Assembly (NCBI GenBank): GCA_025927475.1
Contig: JAICLL010000005.1
Coordinates: forward strand, 21,219 to 85,218
Direction: 5' to 3'
Origin: Pirellulales bacterium
GTDB lineage: Bacteria; Planctomycetota; Planctomycetia; Pirellulales; JAICIG01
DNA: 64,000 nt
Under the pieces are notes generated by a model that ran no database searches, was not told the DNA's origin, and saw only the letters and a list, made by a program, of their open reading frames with translations. This document shows positions 33,383 through 43,339 of this stretch, piece by piece. The translations under genes were made by a program, and so were the position numbers. Each line of letters begins with the position of its first letter. Position 1 is the first letter of the stretch.

Positions 33383-35650
33383 CTAGAGGTCAATCACCGT
33401 GCCGTCCGGTGGCGGCAGCAAGGTCGGTGCGCTGGCGCCTGCATCGCCCGCCCCGGCTTGGGCATAGCGTTCCCATCCATAGCCGTAGCCGCCGTACTTG
33501 TAAGCCCAGGATCGCGCCGGCAGGCCGTTGATGACCGTGCCCAGCACCCGCGCGCCCGACGACATCAGCCGCTCGCAAGCCAAGCGGAATTGCGGGCCGC
33601 GGCTGACGTCGCGCATCGCGCACACCAGCGTGCCCTCGGCGGCCCCGGCCAGCACCAGCGCCTCGCTGGCCGCAAGCACAGGCGGCAAGTCGATGACGAT
33701 GTAGCGATAGTGCTGCCGCAGCTCGGCCAAGGCCGCTTGCATCGTGCCGTCCTGCAGCAGAGCATGCGGAGTGAACTTCAATTGCCCGCTCGGCAGAAAA
33801 TGCAACCAGGGACTGTCGGTGGCCACCACCGGATCGGCCACGGCGCAATGGCCTGCCAGCACATCGGTCAGGCCGGGCGAGATGTCGCGATCGAAAATCT
33901 CGTGCAGGCTGGGGCAGCGCATGTCGCCGTCGATGATCAAGGTCGGCTTGCGCGTGGCCTTTGCGAGGCTCGCCCCCAACGACGAGGCCAGGCTGCTCTT
34001 GCCCTCGCGGCTGATCGCACTGGTGATCGCCAAGGTTTGCAGATCGCGTGTTTCCGGCGACACGGTCAGCCCCACCCGCAAGGCCTCGATGCTCTCTTGA
34101 AACGTCAGTTGGTCGCGCATAAACCGCTCTTCGGAACGCTGGCCGGCCATCGCCGCCCGTGTCGGCAACGCCGTGATTTCGCCCAAGACAGGCAAATTAA
34201 CCTCTTGCACCATCTGCCGCACGTCATGAATCCGGCGTTGCCGTTGCTCCCAAAATACCGCCAGCGCGAACGGAAAAAATAAGCCCGCCACGGCCGCCGC
34301 TCCCAGCCGCTTCCAGGGAATCAACTCGCGCGGTTTGGTCGGCACCGTCGCGCGTTGCATGGGGCTGGCCCGCAGCGGCGCGCCCATTTCCGTCTGCAAC
34401 ATCACGATCCGGTCGGCGATTTTTTCGAAGACTTCCTGGGCGCGGGCCAGCTCGTCGCGGGCGAACTCAAGATCGACCGTTTTGTCGCCGAGCTTCTCGA
34501 TCCGCTCGCGCTGCGTCGCAACCCGGTCTTGCCACAGCTTCTGCATCAGCCGCTGGTTTTCGATATTGGCCTTCAGTTCCGCAATCGCCTCTTGCTGCCT
34601 GCCGCGCCGCGCCGACTGCAATTGCTCGACCAGTTGAGGCCGCAATTCGCCCGCCGTTTGCTTGATCGTCTCTTCCAAATCGTCGAGTTGCTGTTGCATG
34701 CGGACGGCCATCGAGTCGTTCTCGAGATTCGATCGCCGCCGATGATCGCGCAGCATGGCGGCCCGCATCCGCTGCTGGGCTTTCAGTCGCTGCATTTCCG
34801 GGTGAGACTCCAGGGCCGCCGTCAGCTCGCTTGGCGAAATTTCGAAGTCTTCGCTGTCCGCCGCTTCTTCGGCGACCTTCAGCCGCGCCTCGAGCACCGC
34901 GATCTCGACCTCGGCCGCGGTGCGGCGTTCTTCTAACCCCGACAGCGGATTGGCCGGCATGATGACCTGCTGGTCGTGGTGCATCAGGCTCGGGTCGTCT
35001 TCGGTGGCGTGCTTGGTGATGAGCCGCACCTTCTCCTGAAAGTGCCGAACTTCCTCGCCGCGATGCGATTTCTCCTCTTTGAGCAACTCGATGATCCGCT
35101 CCGCCTCTTTGCCGCGCATCGCCGTGTGCAGAGACAGGTAGGCGTCCATCACCGCGTTGGCCACGCTGGCCGCCGCTTGCGGATCTTGCGCCTTGAAGTT
35201 GATCTCGCAAAGCTCCGAACGACCGACATACGTGACTTTCAACCCCTGCTTGAGCCAATCCAGCGGCGCGTCGGAATGCTTGATTTCGGGCAGGCTGGCG
35301 ATTACCGGGTCGGCCACCACTTTCGAAAGGCAGATCGGGCTGCGAATGGTCTGGATTTGCGTCTCAGCGAAAACACTCGATTGATTTGCCGACTGAAACG
35401 CGACGACCGGCGCCTGATCCTTGATCTCGAGCCAGGCCGACGCTTCATAGCTCGGAACGAACAGCGCCAGCGAGGCCGCCGCGGCGATCGAACCCAGCAC
35501 TAAACCGCCCAGCGTGCATTGCCACCACCAGCGCCGATAGACGGCCCACAGATCGGCCAGGCCCATGCCCGACGCCGGCCGGTGCGGCTGCGAAGAGCCG
35601 CGCGATCCGGCGGCTGCCCCGTGCGACCCCAACGGTTCCTTGTTAGGCAT
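33383..35650 (-). CDS. polysaccharide co-polymerase / BY-tyrosine kinase fusion (Wzz domain + CpsD-like ATPase)
   Basis: Two TMs flank a long coiled-coil periplasmic region. Walker A-like ITSAISREGKSS, A' LIIDGDMR, Walker B YIVIDLPP, and a C-terminal Tyr cluster YKYGGYGYGWERY. Confidence 0.9.
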   Translation of the reverse strand: MPNKEPLGSHGAAAGSRGSSQPHRPASGMGLADLWAVYRRWWWQCTLGGLVLGSIAAAASLALFVPSYEASAWLEIKDQAPVVAFQSANQSSVFAETQIQTIRSPICLSKVVADPVIASLPEIKHSDAPLDWLKQGLKVTYVGRSELCEINFKAQDPQAAASVANAVMDAYLSLHTAMRGKEAERIIELLKEEKSHRGEEVRHFQEKVRLITKHATEDDPSLMHHDQQVIMPANPLSGLEERRTAAEVEIAVLEARLKVAEEAADSEDFEISPSELTAALESHPEMQRLKAQQRMRAAMLRDHRRRSNLENDSMAVRMQQQLDDLEETIKQTAGELRPQLVEQLQSARRGRQQEAIAELKANIENQRLMQKLWQDRVATQRERIEKLGDKTVDLEFARDELARAQEVFEKIADRIVMLQTEMGAPLRASPMQRATVPTKPRELIPWKRLGAAAVAGLFFPFALAVFWEQRQRRIHDVRQMVQEVNLPVLGEITALPTRAAMAGQRSEERFMRDQLTFQESIEALRVGLTVSPETRDLQTLAITSAISREGKSSLASSLGASLAKATRKPTLIIDGDMRCPSLHEIFDRDISPGLTDVLAGHCAVADPVVATDSPWLHFLPSGQLKFTPHALLQDGTMQAALAELRQHYRYIVIDLPPVLAASEALVLAGAAEGTLVCAMRDVSRGPQFRLACERLMSSGARVLGTVINGLPARSWAYKYGGYGYGWERYAQAGAGDAGASAPTLLPPPDGTVIDL

Positions 35651-36758
35651 TTCGTACTCCTTGATGAGAGGGGACGGGCGGCGCGATCACTTGGTGGGGC
35701 AAAAGGGCCTCGGAGGCCAGCAGCAGCCCGTCGGCGTACCAAAACACCAAATACATCAGCATCAAGGCCAACGGCAGCATGGCCCAGCCGGAAAAGTCGT
35801 GGGCAAACCGCTCGGCCAAGGTGTCGGGGCCGTGCAGCTTGAGCAGCCCGGTGACCGCGATGCGCAGCGCGTTGGCGACGACGGCCACCGGCAGTGCGCC
35901 GAGCAGTACGGCGCATCGACTCCACCATCGCCTCCAGTGCGCGCCGGCGGCGTCGTTCTCAGCGTCGGCTGACGATGCCGACGTCAACACACAAAACGCG
36001 TACGCGATGGCAAAGACCGAAATAAAGATGCGCAAGCCGCTACAGGCCTCGGCCACCAGCAGCCGCGTGTCGTGGATCATCACGACGTTGCCATCGGCGA
36101 TCGCCGGTTCACCCAGGCATTGGAGCAGCCAGCAGGTGAGTTGAGTGGCCACGCGCTGCAGCGGCAAGCTCAAGGCTCCCTCAATGCGGTAGGGCAGCGG
36201 GATCATGAAGGCCAGAAAGCCGATCGAGGGAAGTAACCATCGTAGCAAAGGCATTCCGCCCACCAGACAGGCCGTTCCGGCCGCCCAAAATGGCAGCGAC
36301 CAGCCGTCGAGCGCCCCGATAAACAGCAGGCTGTTCGCCGCGCGCAGCGCGGCAGAAAGTAGCAACAAGAGGAACCCCAGCGCGTTCCAGCGAAAAGCCA
36401 GCGGCGGACATACCGCGCGCCGGGCCCAGGCGAAATAGGCCGCGGCAGGGATGACCAAATAGCCGTGCGAGTAGTCAGGCTGAGAGCCCCAAATTCGCCA
36501 CAGTTTGACCAGCACCGGCCCATACGACCAAGCAAAGGCCGCCATGAGGGCTGCTCCGCCAACCAACAATTCGGGGCGTCGCCAGCCGGCCGGCCGTTGC
36601 CAGCCGGCACTCGGCCTTCGCGTAAAAGTGGCGGAGTTGGGCCCCAGGCCGCCGGGCATCGACGGTTTGGCCGGCTGCTTGGGCCCCTCGGAAATCAACG
36701 ACACCGACTGCGCCGCTGGGTGTCGCCGCTGTGAGGTTTTATTTCGCCCCCGTTTCAC
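35643..36758 (-). CDS. exosortase (EpsH/Xrt family transpeptidase)
   Basis: Motifs QPDYSHGYLV, VAEACSGLRIF (catalytic Cys) and VANALRIAVTG, with a multi-TM topology. Confidence 0.9.
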   Translation of the reverse strand: MKRGRNKTSQRRHPAAQSVSLISEGPKQPAKPSMPGGLGPNSATFTRRPSAGWQRPAGWRRPELLVGGAALMAAFAWSYGPVLVKLWRIWGSQPDYSHGYLVIPAAAYFAWARRAVCPPLAFRWNALGFLLLLLSAALRAANSLLFIGALDGWSLPFWAAGTACLVGGMPLLRWLLPSIGFLAFMIPLPYRIEGALSLPLQRVATQLTCWLLQCLGEPAIADGNVVMIHDTRLLVAEACSGLRIFISVFAIAYAFCVLTSASSADAENDAAGAHWRRWWSRCAVLLGALPVAVVANALRIAVTGLLKLHGPDTLAERFAHDFSGWAMLPLALMLMYLVFWYADGLLLASEALLPHQVIAPPVPSHQGVRNA

Positions 36759-37093
36759 GCGCAGTCCTTCGGCCTACTGGGCTGCGCGGTGGAACGATTG
36801 AAGACAACCGGCGCGCACTTCGTGCCCGTGGGTGGCATAACACAGCCTTCCCGAATCAATTCTCTGTTCCGTAGTTCCGGCGAGCGGCGTCGTTCCGGCA
36901 AATGGCTCTGTCGGCCGATCGCAAGGGCGTATCGCACGCCCGAGGTAGCTTCTTCGCGGCATGAGCCTGAGCGGATGCCGAAGCCGTCTTGGCACCGCCC
37001 TTACCGTATCGTGCGGCAACGGCGACGTCTGAATCCTGCCCAGGCGAGCGCCGGTCGTAGCGCTGCCTTTGCCGAGTTTGCGGCAATTAAAAC

Positions 37094-37121
37094 AGAGTAA
37101 CCAGGAATACGTGCATGTCAA
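37094..37121 (-). promoter_or_regulatory. candidate promoter for the exosortase operon
   Basis: On the minus strand, TTGACA (37121-37116), a 16-nt spacer and TACTCT (37099-37094). It would give a ~330-nt leader. Confidence 0.3.
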
Positions 37122-37180
37122 GTGAATTGTGCGCGACGGGCGCGGCGATCGGTTCCTCGTTGCGCGTCCCCATTTTTTCG

Positions 37181-37208
37181 TTGACAGCCCCGACGTCGCG
37201 CCTACTAT
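37181..37208 (+). promoter_or_regulatory. candidate near-consensus sigma70 promoter for the giant secreted protein gene
   Basis: TTGACA (37181-37186), a 16-nt spacer and TACTAT (37203-37208), preceded by a T-run. The ATG lies ~105 nt downstream. Confidence 0.5.
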
Positions 37209-37316
37209 GGGAGATTGATAAGTTTGCGGACGCTCCGCGCGAGCGAAGGACGCTCGTTGATTCACCGGCTATGATTCGCCCCGCGATTCTCTCACCCTTG
37301 AGGCAAGGCGCCTGAC

Positions 37317-40300
37317 ATGCACCCAAGACTTACTTCCCTGCCCGCTTCTTTTTTTTCTAGCCGTCGCCGAACGGCCTCGCGCCGCTCGATCAAGCGTTCC
37401 GGCTCGCTGAAAGCGCGGCGCAGCGCCCTGGCTGCCCGGTCCGTCGAGCTGCTCGAAAGCCGACGCGTGTTGGCCACGCTCTACGTCGCACCGTCGTTCA
37501 GCATCACCAGCGATGTTGCACCCGCGGGCCTCAGCAGCGGTGATACGGTTACCTGGGACGCGGGGAATCCCGACCAACAAGCCGGCCTGACCTATGGCAC
37601 GAACGCCTTCAACGACATCCAGACCGCCGTCAGCGCGGCCTCGTCGGGCGACACCATTCGCGTGGCAGCGGGGCTGTATCAACTCTCCGCCGCCGTGAAT
37701 GTCACCACGCCGTTGACAATTCTCGGCCCGCAGGCCGATGTCGATCCACGGCCCAGCGCTGGTTCGACGCGCGTCGAGGGCGGGCCGGACGAAGCGGTGC
37801 TCGATGGCGGCGGCACCGTGGCCGACACGTTTATGATCGCGGCCAACAACGTCACGATCAACGACTTCGACCTGCGCAACACGCTCGATGAGGTCATCGA
37901 CACCAATCCCGCGGCGGTCTACTCGAACGCGCAGGTTCTCGACAACTTTGTACATCACGCCCTTAATCCCTCCGGCGGCAAGGGCATTCGCTTTCAAGGA
38001 ATCACCGGCGGTGTCGTGAAAAACAACGACATTTACGACGTGCGCGACACCGGCGTCGAGATTGGCAGCGGCGCCGCTGGCAGCTCGCCCGGCGCTGTGG
38101 TCCGTGACAACGAAGTTCACGATCTGGGGTCCAACGGCACCTCGAATTCGGCGCTCTACGCGTACGCCGTTCCCTTCGCCACCGATCTCAACGTCACCTT
38201 TCAAGGCAACCTGATTTACAACTTTGGCGGCAACGACGCCATTAAGGTCGGTGCGAAGAATGGGGCGGATCGCGCTCTGACCGGCGGCTCGGTGCTCGAC
38301 AATGTGGTTCACGATGTCGTCGAAGACGGCATCACCATCGATGCCAGCAACACGCTGGTAAAGGGCAACGAAGTCTATAATTCGTCGAGCGATAACGCTG
38401 CCATTTACGTAGAGCATTCCAACGGCGGCGACACGATCGCGAACAATTACGTGCACAACAACACCGCCACGCTGGCGGCTATTCTGATCGGCGACCTCAC
38501 GACCGCGCCCACGGGCGTGGTGGTCACCGGCAACAGTATCACGAGCAACACGCACAACATGCTCGTGTTCCGCGACCTCAATTCGGGGAACACCGTCGAC
38601 GCCTCGGCCAACTGGTGGGGCTCGGCCGATTCCGCAGTGGTCGCCGCCTCGGTCATCTCGACCACGCCCGGCCAGATTGATTTCACGCCCTGGCTCAACA
38701 GTGGCGCCGACTCTTCGCCCACCACGCCGGGCTTTCAGCCCGATTTCTCGGCGCTGACGGTTGCCCCCGCTGCCATCAGCCCGCAGTTTGGCGCCACCGG
38801 GCGGATCAACGAAGGCATTCAAGACGTCGCCGCAGGCGGCACCGTGACCGTGCTCAACGGCGTCTACAACGAGGGCATCGATCTGAATACGAACGTGGTG
38901 GTCGCGGTAAGCGGCACTGTGAGCGGGCCGATCAGCGGAGTCCAAGGCACCCTTGCGGCCACGGGGCCGCTGACCCTCGGCGACGGAACGGCTGGCGCGA
39001 TCAACACCGCGAGCGCGCTAAACGTCGGGGCACAAACCGTCACCTTATCGACCTCCGACGCGGCGGTGCTGGGTGGAGTTGCCTTGGCGGGTGGCACGCT
39101 TACCGCACCCAATGGCATCAACCTGGTGCCTACGCCGGTCGTCATGCCCATTTTGAGCTCCACTCTGGCCGTGGCAAACACCGGTACTCTTTCCGGCGCG
39201 GGAGTTGTCAACGCCGCCGTGAATGCGACGGGCACAGGTGCTGGCATCGCGCCCAGCGACAGCGCGGGAACCTTGACGGTTACCTCGGCAACGTTGGACG
39301 GCAGCGGCACCTTCAACGTCGGTATCAGCGGCACAACGCCGGGAACCGGTTACAGCCAACTCGTCGCCAGCAACGGTGTGAACCTCAACGGGGCGGCGTT
39401 GACGGGCACCGATGCTTTCACACCCACCGCGGGGCAGACCTTCGAGATCATTAACAACACCAGCGCGAACCCGATTTCCGGCACGTTCGCGGGCCTGCCC
39501 GAAGGCGCTCACGTCGCCTTGGGCAACGCCCAGTTCACCATCAGCTACGCGGGCGGCGACGGCAACGACGTAGTGCTGACCGCGGTGAACGCCACGCCGG
39601 CCTTGACCAGCGTCAGCCCCTCGCGATTGGTCGAAGGAAGCCCAGATACCACGATCACGGTCAACGGCACGGGCTTTGTCAACGGCTCGACCGTGCAGTT
39701 CAACGGCCAGCCGCTGACCACCACGTTTGTAAGCGGCATCCAGCTCACCGCCGTCGTGCCCGCCGCCGCCATCAGTGAAGAGGGCACTGGCTCGATCACC
39801 GTGGTCACACCCGGCCCGGGCGGCGGAACCTCGCAGGCCTCCAGTCTGCCGATCGACGACGCGCCGCTCACCGCGACCGGCACCACGTTAAGCGTCCCAG
39901 AGGCAACCGTTCTAACACCCGCCGTGGTGGCGACGTTCACCGATGCCGATCCCAACGGCACCGTGAGCGACTATACCGCGACGATCGACTGGGGCGATGG
40001 TTCAAGCACCACAGGAGCTGTCACCGCGGGACCGCCGCCGGCAGCGTCACCCATCTCAGGGGCGCCCGCCGGCGCGTTCTATGTTTCCGGCTCGCACGCT
40101 TACGCTGAGGACGGCGCCTACACCATCACGGCCAAGATTGCCGACGCTGGCGGAGCGACCGCCACGGCCACCAGCAGCGTCACCGTCACTGAGCCGGCGC
40201 TGACGGGCGCCGCCGTCTCAATCACCGGCCAGGAGCGCGTGGCGCTCGGCACAGTAACGGGATCGGCAAACCCAGCCGCGCCCCAGGCGATCGTGGCCAC

Positions 40301-41201
40301 ATTCACGCACGGCTCGAACCTGGAAGCCACCACGGGCTTCAGCGCCCAGATTGCCTGGGGCGATGGCACGTTCTCGCCCGGCACCGTGGTCGCCGCCTCA
40401 CCGGCGGGCACGGGATACCAAGTGCTCGGCGCCCATACCTATCTCGACGAAGGTACCTTCACGGTAACCGTCACCATCACCGACGAGTCGGCTGTGCCCG
40501 CCAGCGGAGCGGCCACCGTCCACTCGACCGCCAAGATTGCGGAAGAGCCGCTGCCCGGTGGCATTCAGGGCACGGCCACGCAGCGATGGATCAGCGAAGT
40601 CTACCGCGACTTGCTGGGCCGGGGGGTGGATCCCGGCGCGTTGGCCTATTGGACCCAGCAGGCCGCGGCGGGAGAAAAGCCATCGCAAATCGTCCTGCAG
40701 ATCGAGCAAGCCGGGCCCGACCACGAGTATTATCACACCCAGGTCGAAGCGCTCTATGCCAAATACCTGCACCGCGCGGCCGATCCGCAGGGGCTCGATA
40801 ATTTCGTCTCGGCGCTAGCCGGCGGCGCAACGCTCGATCAGGTGGCGGCCACGATCGTCGCCTCGCCGGAATACTACGCCAGCCAGGGGGGTGGCACGAA
40901 CAGTGGCTTTGTCACCGCGATGTTCCGCGACGTGCTGGGACGGCCGATTGCTTCGCAGGATCTGAATTACTTCCAGCAGCAGCTCGCGCACGAGGGCCGC
41001 GTGGCGGTCGCCGACCAGGTGTTCGGCAGTGCCGAGTATCGCCACGTGCTGGTGACCGAAGATTTTGAGCTTTTATTGGACCGCCCCGCCGAAGCCCCGG
41101 CCCAGTCGTTCTACGCCGCGCAATTGGCTCACGGCACGAGCAACGACGCCGTGTTCGCCGCCATTGCGGCCACCGACGAGTACTTTGCGAAGACAGCGTA
41201 G
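37317..41201 (+). CDS. giant secreted multidomain protein: right-handed beta-helix region, autotransporter-type beta-strand repeats, IPT/TIG-like domain, WGDG-type beta-sandwich repeats, C-terminal DUF4214-like repeats
   Basis: N-terminus ..RSVELLESRRVLATLYV (a planctomycete-style secretion leader). Repeated GN.I.N / DN.VHD turns. ..FTISYAGGDGNDVVLT. PALTSVSPSRL..ITVNGTGF. IDWGDG / IAWGDG modules. Three Y..LLGR..D..G..YW repeats. Confidence 0.85.
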   Translation: MHPRLTSLPASFFSSRRRTASRRSIKRSGSLKARRSALAARSVELLESRRVLATLYVAPSFSITSDVAPAGLSSGDTVTWDAGNPDQQAGLTYGTNAFNDIQTAVSAASSGDTIRVAAGLYQLSAAVNVTTPLTILGPQADVDPRPSAGSTRVEGGPDEAVLDGGGTVADTFMIAANNVTINDFDLRNTLDEVIDTNPAAVYSNAQVLDNFVHHALNPSGGKGIRFQGITGGVVKNNDIYDVRDTGVEIGSGAAGSSPGAVVRDNEVHDLGSNGTSNSALYAYAVPFATDLNVTFQGNLIYNFGGNDAIKVGAKNGADRALTGGSVLDNVVHDVVEDGITIDASNTLVKGNEVYNSSSDNAAIYVEHSNGGDTIANNYVHNNTATLAAILIGDLTTAPTGVVVTGNSITSNTHNMLVFRDLNSGNTVDASANWWGSADSAVVAASVISTTPGQIDFTPWLNSGADSSPTTPGFQPDFSALTVAPAAISPQFGATGRINEGIQDVAAGGTVTVLNGVYNEGIDLNTNVVVAVSGTVSGPISGVQGTLAATGPLTLGDGTAGAINTASALNVGAQTVTLSTSDAAVLGGVALAGGTLTAPNGINLVPTPVVMPILSSTLAVANTGTLSGAGVVNAAVNATGTGAGIAPSDSAGTLTVTSATLDGSGTFNVGISGTTPGTGYSQLVASNGVNLNGAALTGTDAFTPTAGQTFEIINNTSANPISGTFAGLPEGAHVALGNAQFTISYAGGDGNDVVLTAVNATPALTSVSPSRLVEGSPDTTITVNGTGFVNGSTVQFNGQPLTTTFVSGIQLTAVVPAAAISEEGTGSITVVTPGPGGGTSQASSLPIDDAPLTATGTTLSVPEATVLTPAVVATFTDADPNGTVSDYTATIDWGDGSSTTGAVTAGPPPAASPISGAPAGAFYVSGSHAYAEDGAYTITAKIADAGGATATATSSVTVTEPALTGAAVSITGQERVALGTVTGSANPAAPQAIVATFTHGSNLEATTGFSAQIAWGDGTFSPGTVVAASPAGTGYQVLGAHTYLDEGTFTVTVTITDESAVPASGAATVHSTAKIAEEPLPGGIQGTATQRWISEVYRDLLGRGVDPGALAYWTQQAAAGEKPSQIVLQIEQAGPDHEYYHTQVEALYAKYLHRAADPQGLDNFVSALAGGATLDQVAATIVASPEYYASQGGGTNSGFVTAMFRDVLGRPIASQDLNYFQQQLAHEGRVAVADQVFGSAEYRHVLVTEDFELLLDRPAEAPAQSFYAAQLAHGTSNDAVFAAIAATDEYFAKTA

Positions 41202-41342
41202 GCGATTTGCCAAGCTTGAAGTTGGCAGGCCGCGTACGGTGGGCAGCGCCACCCCTATGGCCCGGCTACTGGGGCAGAGCCTTTGCCTTTGGCGGTGCCC
41301 GGGCGAAGTTGACAATTATCGGATCTTTGGTAGGACGGAACA

Positions 41343-41816
41343 GTGACTCCTGAACCAAGGAAAGCCGAAACGGGCGAGACGCCGGACATCAAAAACATGA
41401 CCGATGCCGGCAGCCGCGGGCAGCAGGGCGGAGCGGCGTGGCAGACGCCCGAAACCTCCGCCGGCCCGGCGCCGCGCCCTTCGCGCGAGCAACTCAACGA
41501 GCGCATCATGCAACACTGCGTCGACGCCTGCGGCGAGACCATCGCCCACTGCCTGGCGAATCTTGAGCAAGGCGACGAATCGTACGCCGCACTATTGCAC
41601 GCGGCGGTCGAGTGTCAGGACTCGTTTTGCGCCCACTGGTCTGAACTGACCGGTCCCGGCGGCGCGTGGCACGCCAAGGCGGTAGAAGCCTGCGCCTCCG
41701 CCTGCGAGTCGCTGGCCACAGCGTGCCAGCCGTTCCTGCCGCAAGACGCTCAAGCGCAGCAATGTGCCGAAGCCTGCCATGCGACGAGCGAGCGGTTGCG
41801 CCATGCGGGACTGTAA
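41343..41816 (+). CDS. Cys-rich four-helix-bundle protein (DUF326-like, possible metal binding)
   Basis: Repeated C-x2-AC-x6-C patterns (CVDACGETIAHC, EACASACESLATAC, CAEACHATS). The start could be GTG 41343 or ATG 41397. Confidence 0.5.
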   Translation: MTPEPRKAETGETPDIKNMTDAGSRGQQGGAAWQTPETSAGPAPRPSREQLNERIMQHCVDACGETIAHCLANLEQGDESYAALLHAAVECQDSFCAHWSELTGPGGAWHAKAVEACASACESLATACQPFLPQDAQAQQCAEACHATSERLRHAGL

Positions 41817-41883
41817 TTGCCATCGCGTCGACCGCGGGTCTCCCGCCATGCCACGCGGGGGCGGGTCCGACGTTGCGGAGATC

Positions 41884-42741
41884 TCAGATCAGCGAATCTG
41901 AAACGGTCACAAATCGTTCCACAACCGCTGGCTCGACGTACGACGCTGCTCGCTTTTTGCGGCGGGCGTAGGTGACTCCCGCCAGGCCCATCAGGCTCCA
42001 GAGGGTCAGCGAGGTTGGCTCAGGCACGGGGCTGGGGCCAGGCATTGGAGTGCCAGTGATCAATGATGTATCGCTGCCACCGGTTCCAAAAACAAACGTC
42101 ACCTTGTTGCCAAGGTCGCTCAACGAGAACGACTTGGCAATGAGCGAAAACGTAATGCTGTTCTGAGCAAGGATCGTGAAACCATTGGCTAAATCGGAAC
42201 CGTAGCTATCGGCAGCAATGCCGAAGTTCGGACCATCGAGAGGAGTTTTAGGCACCGTGGCAAAGTAGCCCGAGCGCGGGTTACCGTCGTCATCGACCCC
42301 CGTCGACGAAATGACAGTGTTCTGCGGCGCGCCAGAACTTGTTCCCTCGATCGCCCAGTTGGCACCGATGGAGGTAATTCCAGACGGATACGAGCCGAGA
42401 ATCGCCGATGCCGTTGCTGCGGATCCGCTGGCGTCGATGTCCGGGGTAAGGCTGCTCCCAAGGTTCGTATCAAACATCAGCTCGGTCACTATCTGTCCAC
42501 CGCCAGTGGTCGATGCACCGCCTGTTGGGGTAGACGTGTTCGTCACCTTGATGGTTAGAAGATCGCCGGCCAGGGTAAAAACTGCGCTGGCAGACTTGTC
42601 ACCGGAAGGTGTGGCGAAGGTTACAAAGTCCGCGCGTGCCGCGGGGCAGAACACCGCGAACAATGCCACCGCAACTGTCGCCACAATCGCCGCGGGGGCG
42701 TGGATTTTCTGGAATTGCCGTCTCAACGCGATTGATGACAT
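41884..42741 (-). CDS. PEP-CTERM sorting-domain secreted protein 2 (exosortase substrate)
   Basis: C-terminus VPEPTSLTLWSLMGLAGVTYARRKKR and an N-terminal signal peptide. The ATG at 42741 is preceded by AGGAGG. Confidence 0.9.
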   Translation of the reverse strand: MSSIALRRQFQKIHAPAAIVATVAVALFAVFCPAARADFVTFATPSGDKSASAVFTLAGDLLTIKVTNTSTPTGGASTTGGGQIVTELMFDTNLGSSLTPDIDASGSAATASAILGSYPSGITSIGANWAIEGTSSGAPQNTVISSTGVDDDGNPRSGYFATVPKTPLDGPNFGIAADSYGSDLANGFTILAQNSITFSLIAKSFSLSDLGNKVTFVFGTGGSDTSLITGTPMPGPSPVPEPTSLTLWSLMGLAGVTYARRKKRAASYVEPAVVERFVTVSDSLI

Positions 42742-42826
42742 CGAGTCATCCTCCTAGTCTAAAATAAAAAGGGAAAGCTGAACTCACAGGCCGCACGTCG
42801 AAGCGACATGCGCGCAGGAACACAGT

Positions 42827-43270
42827 TCAACTTTCGCCGCGAGGAGGATGAAAGACCGAATCCAGCGCGTCGCGCAGAACGCGCGGCTCGTCAAGCTCGG
42901 TCAGGCAGCGCCATTGGCCGCCCACCCGAGCAGCATCGTCGATCGGCGGAAGCGCGGCCGAAGATCCCTGAGGCGAGAGCGACGTCGAGGTGCCCGATTG
43001 GGGACCGCTCGACTGCTCCGCACCGGAACCATAGAGGAGGTGCTCTGCCAAGAGAGACAAGCGGCCCTCGGACGACGGAGCGCCGCCATTGGACTGCTCG
43101 GCTGCGGACAGCTCAACGGACGTCACCAGATCGGCGGCGTCGATTCTGACGATCACGCCCGCTTGCGCGGCTGACCCGAAGCCAGCCAGTAGCGCCAAAG
43201 CGATTGCCGCGGCCGCGCAGAATGGGCCGCAGGGGCGTAACTTCGCCAAGATGGTCTTTGGCGCGGGCAT
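42827..43270 (-). CDS. small secreted Ser/Gly-rich protein, family member C (tail SVFHPPRGES)
   Basis: Signal peptide AAAAIALALLAGFGSAAQAG, an SSGPQSGTSTSLSPQGSS core, a single late Cys and a C-terminal LDSVFHPPR. It lies directly upstream of PEP-CTERM gene 2. ATG 43270 is preferred over TTG 43333. Confidence 0.6.
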   Translation of the reverse strand: MPAPKTILAKLRPCGPFCAAAAIALALLAGFGSAAQAGVIVRIDAADLVTSVELSAAEQSNGGAPSSEGRLSLLAEHLLYGSGAEQSSGPQSGTSTSLSPQGSSAALPPIDDAARVGGQWRCLTELDEPRVLRDALDSVFHPPRGES

Positions 43271-43339
43271 GGATGAGGTAGCGGCAGTGCGGTTTTCATT
43301 GGCGCCCCCAACGACGTTTCCACCCCTATTCAACGAGTG

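Noticed and set aside
37269-38945. 558-aa minus-strand ORF antisense to the giant secreted protein gene
   Set aside because: It has no motifs and a G/R/V/D-rich composition. The plus frame has clear beta-helix repeats and a secretion leader.
41309-41343. TTGACA-N16-TAGGAC box that would make the Cys-rich protein mRNA leaderless at GTG 41343
   Set aside because: The -10 hexamer is poor and an in-frame ATG at 41397 is an equally good start. This is too weak to list as a feature.
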